Of a DNA stretch of 64,000 nucleotides, positions 55,608 through 64,000 are shown in pieces. The notes beneath the pieces were generated by a model. That model had not been told where the DNA came from and did no database searches. It was given only the letters and a program-made list of their open reading frames with translations. The stretch comes from Picochlorum sp. SENEW3 (Eukaryota): the NCBI GenBank assembly GCA_034226945.1, contig CP120453.1, positions 744,001-808,000 of the forward strand. Direction: 5' to 3'. The translations under genes were made by a program, and so were the position numbers. Numbering within the stretch: position 1 is the stretch's first letter; every line of letters begins with the position of its first letter.

Positions 55608-58280
55608 ATGGGAAAGAAGAAGGAGAACGGAGCTCCTCGTGAGCCGAAACCAGGGAAACAGGAGGATCCAACACTATTAGATGATATTAAAAAGTATGCT
55701 GCTGAATTGGGATTCCCTTCAGCACATGGTCAGGAGTCTGACTTTGGTGACTTTGCACCTAGCAAAGCCAAGAAGAAGGTGAAAGATGCGTCCCGTTCTG
55801 GCGATGCGGGGGAACATAATAATACAGAAAAAGATCATAAGAAGGAAAAGAAACAGCGTCATCAGATGGATGAGAAGAAGACGAAAAAGAACAAGGAGAA
55901 TGCAAAGAAGAATGAACCATTGTCTTTTCTTCCATCCATTCCAAAGGATGCAGGCAACATGAAGAGTGTCTTTTCCCTGAAAGATGAGGGCGCGTGGTAT
56001 GAGCTGATGCCAGATATACCTCGAGATTCTCCTGATTCTACGTATGATGACGAGGCATACCTGTCCAAGCTAAGGGGGAGGGCAGCCAGGTTGCTTGAGG
56101 TTGAGTCAATAGTGGCTGCAAAGCAGGATGCGCTGTCAAAAAATTCTAGTGTAGCTTGGCTGCAGCAAGCAAAGCAGGGGGGTACTACATCGGATAAAGT
56201 AGCCGCGATGGCTGTGCTTGTGCAGGAATTTCCTATTGCCCATCTTGCAAGCTTGGATGGGTTGGTGTCCATGGCAGGGAAGCGAGGAGGAGCCAGGGCT
56301 GTGGTTGGGGTGGCCTTGGATGCTCTACTAGAGTTATGGAAAGATGTGCTTTTGCCATCAGATAGAAAGTTAAAATATTTTATTCAGCAGCCACTCTCTA
56401 AACTCCCATCTGGAAAGGCTGCTGACAAGTGCCTCGTCCTTTGGGAATTTGAAGATAGACTCAAGGCAAAATATGCCACCTTCGTGGAACAGCTCGCGGT
56501 ACTCTCCACAGATAATTTAGATTTCATCAAAGAGAAAGCGACAAAGATTGCGTTTGAGCTCTTGCTGAATATTCCAGAGCAGGAGGGACAGTTGTTGCGA
56601 ATTGTAGTGAACAAGTTGGGGGACCCAGATAGGAAGATTGCATCGAATGCCGGGTATTTGATCACAAAATTGTTAGCTCATCACGATGGTATGAAACATG
56701 TCGTTGTTCGAGAGATTGAAAATTTTATATACAGGCCAGGCCTTCAGGACAGAGCGAGATATTATGCTGTTGTGTACCTGAACCAAATTGTCCTCTCAAA
56801 CCGAGACAAGCCCATGTCATTACCCAATAAAAAGTCCATCACGTTGGGGAAAAGACTCGTTGATATATATTTCACACTTTTCAAACTCATCATTGATGGC
56901 GTTCTAGGCACATCTGCATCAATAGCACAGGCAAAGCAGGAGAAGAAGGAAAAGCGGCAACAAGAAAAGGCTTTGAAGCGGGGAAAGAAGAAAGCAAATG
57001 CAAATGGAAAAGAAGAGGAAAAGACCGTCACTGGTGATCGAAAAGGTGCCATGGACTCGAGAATGCTTTCTGCTCTCATTACAGGTATCCGACGAGCATT
57101 TCCATATGTTTCCGCAGAAGAAGTGGAGCCTTTGATTGATGCGCATGCAGATGCGCTCTTCAAACTCATCCACACGGGTTCATTTGGCGTCGCAACTCAG
57201 GCACTGCTTCTCTTATATCAGCTCATGTCCTCTCAGTCCTCGATCTCTGATCGATTTTACAGGGCTTTGTACTCTGTGTTGCTGTCCCGGGAGCTCCCAA
57301 CATCCACAAAAGCACCTCTGTTCTTGTCCCTCTTCCTCAAGGCCATCAAGGATGATGTTAGCAATAAAAGAGTCATATCCTTCTTGAAGCGGCTGTTACA
57401 AGTCTCGCTAGCTGCTCCTGCAAACTTTGCGTGTGGATGTCTCATCGTTGTCTCTCAGATATGCAAAGACAGTCCAGGACTGTGGAACACAATATCAGAT
57501 CCTGAAGAGTTACTGGATGACGCTGTCCCGGCTGACGAGCACGACAGAGATCAGATATATGATCCAAGCAAAAGAGACCCAAAATACGCGAATGCTGAGA
57601 AGTCGTGCCTATGGGAACTGGTTCCACTTTCCAAACATGCACATCCATCTGTGGCAGCCATGGCAAAAACACTTCTCGCTGGAGTTCCGATTCAATACAA
57701 TGGGGATCCACTCAAGGACTTTGTACTCGCCCAGTTCTTGGATAAATTCATTTCGAAGAAGTCAAAGCCACGCACGACAACCGGAGGTGACTCCATGATG
57801 CAGCCAACAAGAGGAAGACAGTCCACGCACACACCAGTGCTGGATACATTGGAAAGCAAACAGGTTGCTCCAGATGAGGCATTCTTCCACCAGTTCTTCA
57901 AAATTGCTCAGGAACGTGGAAAACCAGTCAAGAGAAAGGCAAAGTATCAAGACGTTCACAGCGATGATGATTCCTCGCTTGCCGAGGATGACTTCTTGGC
58001 AGGCGAAGAGGGCGATGATGCAGCTTATGGAGATGTGGATGACACATTTGACTATTCTCAACTCGCCGAGGCAATGGAAGAGGATCGAGGAACCCTCACT
58101 CAGCCAGATAAATCTGACGACGATGATTCCATGTCTTCCCTTGAAGGAGAAGAATTCCCTTCAGAGAGTGATGAGGATGATATTGATGGCCCAGTCCATG
58201 GTGAAGATGAAGATGATGACAATGTCTTTGCAAGCTTGGAAGACTATTCTGATATGATTGCAAAAGATATGGATACATAA
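55608..58280 (+). CDS. NOC1: CEBPZ/NOC1/MAK21 ribosome biogenesis factor
   Basis: GTTSDKVAA, PEQE..LL..VNKLGDP, DRFYRALY, YDPSKRDPKYANA..LWEL..HAHPSV, FLDKF. Confidence 0.93.
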   Translation: MGKKKENGAPREPKPGKQEDPTLLDDIKKYAAELGFPSAHGQESDFGDFAPSKAKKKVKDASRSGDAGEHNNTEKDHKKEKKQRHQMDEKKTKKNKENAKKNEPLSFLPSIPKDAGNMKSVFSLKDEGAWYELMPDIPRDSPDSTYDDEAYLSKLRGRAARLLEVESIVAAKQDALSKNSSVAWLQQAKQGGTTSDKVAAMAVLVQEFPIAHLASLDGLVSMAGKRGGARAVVGVALDALLELWKDVLLPSDRKLKYFIQQPLSKLPSGKAADKCLVLWEFEDRLKAKYATFVEQLAVLSTDNLDFIKEKATKIAFELLLNIPEQEGQLLRIVVNKLGDPDRKIASNAGYLITKLLAHHDGMKHVVVREIENFIYRPGLQDRARYYAVVYLNQIVLSNRDKPMSLPNKKSITLGKRLVDIYFTLFKLIIDGVLGTSASIAQAKQEKKEKRQQEKALKRGKKKANANGKEEEKTVTGDRKGAMDSRMLSALITGIRRAFPYVSAEEVEPLIDAHADALFKLIHTGSFGVATQALLLLYQLMSSQSSISDRFYRALYSVLLSRELPTSTKAPLFLSLFLKAIKDDVSNKRVISFLKRLLQVSLAAPANFACGCLIVVSQICKDSPGLWNTISDPEELLDDAVPADEHDRDQIYDPSKRDPKYANAEKSCLWELVPLSKHAHPSVAAMAKTLLAGVPIQYNGDPLKDFVLAQFLDKFISKKSKPRTTTGGDSMMQPTRGRQSTHTPVLDTLESKQVAPDEAFFHQFFKIAQERGKPVKRKAKYQDVHSDDDSSLAEDDFLAGEEGDDAAYGDVDDTFDYSQLAEAMEEDRGTLTQPDKSDDDDSMSSLEGEEFPSESDEDDIDGPVHGEDEDDDNVFASLEDYSDMIAKDMDT

Positions 58281-58336
58281 TACAAATCGTTCTATTGTAA
58301 CAACATTCATTCGTCAGTATTCATTCGTTCCCTCTA

Positions 58337-59133
58337 TCACGTGTAACGCATCATAACCTGCTCTGCCTTATCTCGCTCGTTAGCCTCCCGTGCCAACCTC
58401 TCCTGCCGCAATGACTCATACACCTGCATCTTGCTTTTCTTCTTCTTTCTCCTCTTCTTCTTCTCTTCAGTTCTTTGAGTCATTGTTGTCTCACGCCGTG
58501 CATCCACTACCTTGACATACCCCAAACATGACCTTGACGCCACATGCTTCCCTTTTTCTTCTTCTCCTTTTCCTTGCTCTACTTTCCATGGAATACCATC
58601 GTCACCCCGCGCATCCAGTCCAGATCCTCTCCCTCCATCATCAGCATGGTTCCCACACCACCAAGGCCTCTCCTGCATCCCCTTCGCAAACCGAAAACTC
58701 TGATCAAACGCCGCGTCACTCGTCCTCGTCAACGGATCTCCTCTCCTTTCTTCTTCCTCTTGTTCTCGCTCTCGCTTCCATCTGTCCACTCCTCGTCTCT
58801 CCACGCCTGCTTCTTCCTCAGTCCTCTTCTCCCGAACCACGTCTGTTCCCTCAACCCCCATCCCATCCAACACAACCACATTCTTCGACCCCTTGGCACA
58901 TAATGCCCTATACCGAGCCTCCCGCTCCCGCTCCCGCCTCTCAGCCCGCTCCTTTTCCTTCTTCTCTGCATACTCCTTCTCGTCCCTTGCCACCCGCAAC
59001 CTATTTTCCCTCCCATACACTACACAGAACAACATTAATAAACACATTGAAATATTAATGACCTATTTCAATACAGCACCCTACCATTCCATTTCTTTTG
59101 AGGTAAAATGTTCAATCCTCCGTGCCCACCCAT
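58337..59133 (-). CDS. LENG1-like CIR N-terminal domain protein (2 exons)
   Basis: Exon 1 MGGHGGLNILPQKKWN spliced to VYGRENRLRVARDE; C-terminal LRQERLARE. Confidence 0.8.
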
Positions 59134-59244
59134 CGTTCCTTTATTTCTTCATATGATTCTTCTTCTTCTTTGACGAATATCTAATCTAAATATTACAATA
59201 ATAATGTATTACTATAAAAGCACCTGACCGGCGATTTGTCCGCA

Positions 59245-60160
59245 TCACTGCTCCTCCTCCATCGGACGAACACCCTCCTCCTCTGCCTCCTGGTCATCAG
59301 CCTCTTGCAGTATCTCCTCAATCCACCCACGCAATGCCTCCCCTTCCAGCAATGTAAATGGCTGATCCTCACCCACCACCGCCACAGAGCAATTACGCAC
59401 ATTCAAATCCCCATCCTGCAGCGTCGAATGCAGTGACCTCAACGCATGCCCTATCAACTCCTCCTTGCTCATCGCCTCCCGCCCCTCAGACACACGCCGC
59501 TCCAAATACGTCCGCGCTGCTTGCGACCGAGACCCCATCGCAAACGCTTTATACTCATAATAGTTCCCAGAAGGACAGTTATAGTACACATGAGCCCCAT
59601 TCTCATCGTACCCAGCACTCATCAACCCCACCCCATAGGGCCTCTTCCAACTCCGCTGCGTCCCCACCTGAGCCTTATCAGCCACCTGACGCACCAACCG
59701 ACCCACAGACATGGCAGAATCAAATACATATCTATGATTCAGGCATTCATTCCTCATATATCGACACAAGATACGCCCATCCGCAGTCAGCCCAGAGATT
59801 GCAATCCCCATGTGATCATCTATTTTAAAAATCTTCCTCTGATAACTCGAAAGCTCCGAAGGAGACCGTTTAATCGTCCCAATAACAGCATATTTTGAAT
59901 TTTTAATCCCAACAGCCACAGAGCCCTGTTTCACTGCCTCCATCGCGTATTCCACTTGGAAAATACGCCCCTGTGGGCTCCATGTCACCACATCCGTGTC
60001 ATACTGCATTCATATTTGCATATTATTAATTACCTGTCTTTATTACATCACATAAAGATCCACATAAACGCATTCAGAGGACAAGAATACAATCGATCAA
60101 TCACATCAGTCAGACAGTCCATGGTGTGGATGGATATCGGCGTACCTGATTCCTAAACAT
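59245..60160 (-). CDS. PAF1: 20S proteasome alpha subunit PAF / PSMA1 (exon 1 60160-60146)
   Basis: [52 protein letters not shown]. Confidence 0.96.
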
Positions 60161-60388
60161 TGTATTTGACTAGATAATACTACAAGGAGGTATCCACAGA
60201 GCAGCAGGTATCACATACCTAGACACGAGAAATCTGCATTTTTTGTCGTAATACGAGAGAATAAAAATGCGCTCCGTGTTTGGATAGAATAAAAATCTAG
60301 GAAAAAAGCCATGTGCTTGAAACACCATGCAGCCAGCGTTCAAAAGAATCAATTAATTATCTCTCTTGAACGATAAAGCAATATCAGC

Positions 60389-61741
60389 ATGGTACAGTAT
60401 TTAGCAACAGGAGGAAGAATGTATGCGGGACCTTGGTCCACGGGCCAACGTCGGAACAGTGGAGCACACGGCATAGTACCGTGTCGACAGAGATATGATG
60501 GTACAAACCCATATACTATGAGGTATGTGAAACAAAATCCAAGGGTTTGGACGGGAGTGCGTGCGACAGAGGTGGAAGAAGATTACTTGCCACCGTCGAA
60601 TCGAGGATCGAATTCCGAATTGGACGCATTGGAGAGGTTTAGTGTGGTTATACCTGACACTCAATTGTCTCTTGGGACGGATATGGTTACTGCTGGGGAT
60701 AAAAAGAAGGGGCAGTGTGCTCCAAAGTCTGGGGTGGTGTCTCGGAGAATTTTGGCGGGGGTGATGGCCAATCCGACGTGCTTTGGTCGAATGAAGTTCA
60801 GTATCGAGCAGGCTCGTTTATATAAAAATGAAGAGTTGGAGCGTTCAAGTGGGAGAAGTAGGAGTCAGTTGCAGGTGGATAAAGCTCTGGTGAATGTGGC
60901 TGGGTTGCTGGTGGATGAGATTCTTGACGAATCGACCAAGGGTCGAGTGTCGATTGAGGTGGATCCGCGGCTTGCGTATGATGTGGATGGGCTTGTGAGG
61001 CAGGGAGGGGAGGTTATTTGGTCCATGTGCGCGGAGATTGGGATTCCAATGGATAGAATACTGATTCAAATGCCTGCAACGTGGGAGGCCATGGAGGCTG
61101 CCAAGAGGCTCGAGTTGCAAGGGTTGGAGACGCATTTGGTTGGGATTTATAGCTATGAGCAAGCAGTTGCTGCGTCGGATCATGATGTGTCTGTTATTCA
61201 GGTGAACGTGGGGCGTATTAATGATTGGTTTGATAAAAACCCAGGGGCTGTTCGTGACCCAAATGGGCCACGGGAGGTGCAGGCCATGGCGATTGCTGGG
61301 TATGGCGGTCCTTTGGAGAATCCTGGATTGCCAATGGTGAAGAAGATTTATACATATATGCATCATGCCGGGGGTAAGACCAAGGTGGTGGCATCTGGGA
61401 TGAGGACCAAGAAGGAGACGTTGGCCCTGGCTGGATGCGACTATTTGGTGGTTGGTGAGCACATTTTGAAGAGCTTGAAGTCAACGAGTACGCTGGATGG
61501 GTATAATGATGGGCTGCGTGCTGCACAGGATACGGACTACAGAGGATCTCTTCAGCCTGCAATGAGCCCAGAGTTGGCAGCAGAGGCTGAGATTGACAAG
61601 GTGTCTGTGTACAGTGGTAATTTCAGCGAAGCTCTTGGCTTGATTGGAAGAGATTTATTGTCGAGTGATATTCAAAGGGCTGTAGAGGATGCGACTCGAT
61701 TGGAACCAATCTTTTTAAACAGGGCGACGGGTCAGGAATGA
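60389..61741 (+). CDS. Plastid transaldolase-like protein (divergent active site)
   Basis: VIPDT, GRVSIEVDPRLAYD, RILIQMPATWEAMEAA, VGRINDW, NPG, LAGCDYL transaldolase scaffold. Confidence 0.85.
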   Translation: MVQYLATGGRMYAGPWSTGQRRNSGAHGIVPCRQRYDGTNPYTMRYVKQNPRVWTGVRATEVEEDYLPPSNRGSNSELDALERFSVVIPDTQLSLGTDMVTAGDKKKGQCAPKSGVVSRRILAGVMANPTCFGRMKFSIEQARLYKNEELERSSGRSRSQLQVDKALVNVAGLLVDEILDESTKGRVSIEVDPRLAYDVDGLVRQGGEVIWSMCAEIGIPMDRILIQMPATWEAMEAAKRLELQGLETHLVGIYSYEQAVAASDHDVSVIQVNVGRINDWFDKNPGAVRDPNGPREVQAMAIAGYGGPLENPGLPMVKKIYTYMHHAGGKTKVVASGMRTKKETLALAGCDYLVVGEHILKSLKSTSTLDGYNDGLRAAQDTDYRGSLQPAMSPELAAEAEIDKVSVYSGNFSEALGLIGRDLLSSDIQRAVEDATRLEPIFLNRATGQE

Positions 61742-61840
61742 TGCATATGCAGAGTGACGAGGGATTACCCTAATCGGCGACGTAATTAGGGTTTTGGATA
61801 CGACTCCTATCCTGTAGAATCAAATACTTTAAAACGTTTC

Positions 61841-63456
61841 ATGGGTAAAGTTAAAAAAGTTGTCCGAATTCAGGACGTGGAAAAGAAGGATCTCGATCTG
61901 AGTTCCGCGATGGCGTCGTCGGACGACGATACGCTGCATGGCGCAAGCAACGTGGGTCAGTCTCTTCACGGCGATACGGTACGCTCATCTGAATTCAAAA
62001 TATATATTTGTAATATCGACGCTGTACCCACCATTCATCCTCGATGGATTCGTGCAGGCTGCGAAACGAAGGGCAATTACAGAATTGCTGTTTTTTGCGA
62101 GCGTGGGAGATTTGAAACGATGTCAAAGGATTGTTAGACTATGGCATTTGGATATCAAAGATCAGACCTGCTGTGATTATGATCGACGGACGCCATTGTA
62201 TGTTGTGTTGTATTTCCCTTCCCAGGTCAAGAGTGACCTCACGAGTGAGCATGTTGTCTTGCAGGCATTTAGCGGCGAGCGAGGGTGCGTATAAAGTGAC
62301 AGAGTGGTTGATTTCAGAAGGTGTAAACATCAATTCGTTGGATCGATTTGGGAGGACACCCTTGGAGGATGCTGTGAGGGGAGAGTATCGCGAAGTGATT
62401 AAATTGCTTGTAGATAATGGAGGAAAGGTTCTGGAGGATAAGAAGCTGGTAGATTTGACAGACAGTGCTCTTGCTGGTACTCTTGGTGTTCCTCCACAGA
62501 AACTCGCGGATATCGATCCGGAATGGGAATTGGATCCTGGAAACTTGGTGGTGATGGAAAAGCTGGGTGAGGGTGAGTTTGGTATTGTGCACAAATCTCG
62601 TTGGTTTGGGACGAATGTGGCTGCCAAGATATTGAAGGGGTCTTCTGATATCGCCCTTGGTGATTTTAGAGGAGAGATTGATATTCTCAGGCGGGTGCAT
62701 CATCCAAATGCAGTACAATTCTTGGGAGCGTGTTCCAAGAGGGAACCATACATTCTTGTGACAGAGCTCATGTGTGGTGGATCCCTTGCGGATGCCTTCC
62801 GTAGACCAGAAGCATTTCCTATGAGACGTGCGGTTGAGGTTGCTTTGGATGCCGCCCGTGGTTTGGCGTATTTGCATAACCGAAGACCATCACCCATTAT
62901 CCACAGAGACTTGAAGCCAGGAAATCTCATGTTTTCTGGGAGTCCGTACCAGACGCAGAAACAGATCATATATCAGACAGGTATCGTAAAACTTGCTGAT
63001 TTCGGTCTGTCGAAGACGTTGCCCGTGAATAAGCATGCAGACTTTGGATACCTTGATTCCAAGTTCAGAATGACTGGAGAGACTGGCTCATACAGATACA
63101 TGGCCCCAGAAGTCTTCCGACACGAGCCTTACAACTCATCCGTCGATGTATACTCCTATTCAATGATTATATACCAGCTTTTTGAGACGAATCCGCCATT
63201 CTCTGGAATGGACCCTATCAGTGCTGCAAAGAATGCTGCCATGTATGATCTCAGACCACAGTTTGTGCAACTCAGTGGAGACACTGCATCAAAAAGAGAA
63301 ATCAAGGAATTGATAGAGTCGTGCTGGAGACCAAATGCAGAGATGCGACCTTCTTTTGAATCAATCGTTGTATCCCTGGAAACAATACTGTCAAAGCTTC
63401 CTGGAAGCAAAAGCAGTGGCTCTGCCGAGGGAGGTGGATGCTGCTCCATTGCCTAG
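61841..63456 (+). CDS. Ankyrin-repeat protein kinase (integrin-linked kinase/VIK-like; multi-exon)
   Basis: Ankyrin motifs DYDRRTPL-HLAASEG and DRFGRTPL; kinase GEGEFG, VAAK, HRDLKPGN, DFG, GETGSYRYMAPE. Confidence 0.92.
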
Positions 63457-63700
63457 TGCTCTGTTTTGATGATACCGTATTCATTTTGGTGATTTAATAC
63501 ACACTTGAATCATCATTGGTTATTAGTAGAATTGTGTATATGTCCTACAGTGATCGCTCATGGCATGATCATACCATGTGTCATCAAATGATCCATCATC
63601 ATCCTGATATCATGGTGGGTGGGAGGATTTCCCAATTCGTCTTCTTCATCATGGTTGATCACGCACTGCAACCATTAATTCATTAAATATTTATTTCAGA

Positions 63701-64000
63701 ATGCTAATGCGATCAGTCAGAATAGCTCAGCCGCAGCCTTTAAAGGCTACTCTGGGTAGAAGGTTGCCAATCCGACGCATCTGCCATGTCCACGCAGCCT
63801 CTTCGCCAGGATCTTCTGGAGAGAATGCATACCAGGTATGACAATATATATGACATGATCATGGTGATTCAGATGACGATGAAAGCAGAGATGTTACTGA
63901 TATCCTTGCTCTCCTACAGGTACTCGGCCTCCCAGAGAATGCAGACTACAATGCGATTCAGAGAGCCTACAAGAAGAAACTGAGCGAATGTAGAGGAGAT
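63701..64000 (+). CDS. CPP1-like (chaperone-like protein of POR1) J-like protein, 3'-truncated by window
   Basis: Transit-like exon 63701-63835 spliced at GTATGA..TACAG to give ENAYQ|VLGLPENADYNAIQRAYKK. Confidence 0.65.

Noticed and set aside
61762..61795. ACCCTAAT..ATTAGGGTTTT inverted, telo-box-like sequence
   Set aside because: A single short occurrence, not a telomeric array; cannot be distinguished from chance
1..64000. Transposons, CRISPR arrays, rRNA or viral inserts
   Set aside because: No transposase, reverse transcriptase or integrase motifs, repeat-spacer arrays or rRNA-like sequence were seen

Overview
Gene-dense nuclear DNA of a compact-genome green alga. The basis is short GT-AG introns, plastid- and mitochondrion-targeted proteins and very short intergenic gaps; a Trebouxiophyceae, Picochlorum-like origin is inferred, not proven. 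About 45 protein-coding genes can be supported. They include four clustered type II membrane PAPS-sulfotransferases next to a KOBITO1-like glycosyltransferase, many housekeeping genes and several secreted or GPI-type proteins. The most notable signal is non-coding and invisible to the ORF track: two circularly permuted tRNA genes, with the 3' half encoded upstream of the 5' half and the split at position 37/38. They are tRNA-Arg(CCU) at 32374-32466 (+) and tRNA-Ser(AGA) at 34300-34396 (-). Both have bulge-helix-bulge-like flanks and oligo-T terminators, and they converge on a hairpin-rich segment, the Pol III subunit RPC11 and a probable bicistronic partner ORF. Other points of interest are a lipoyl-domain/KGD4(MRPS36)-like fusion, a transaldolase homolog lacking the catalytic Lys, a ligand-less Rieske-fold protein, a protease/cystatin pair and a BET gene with probable long and short isoforms. 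Exon boundaries were read by eye and no database searches were run.
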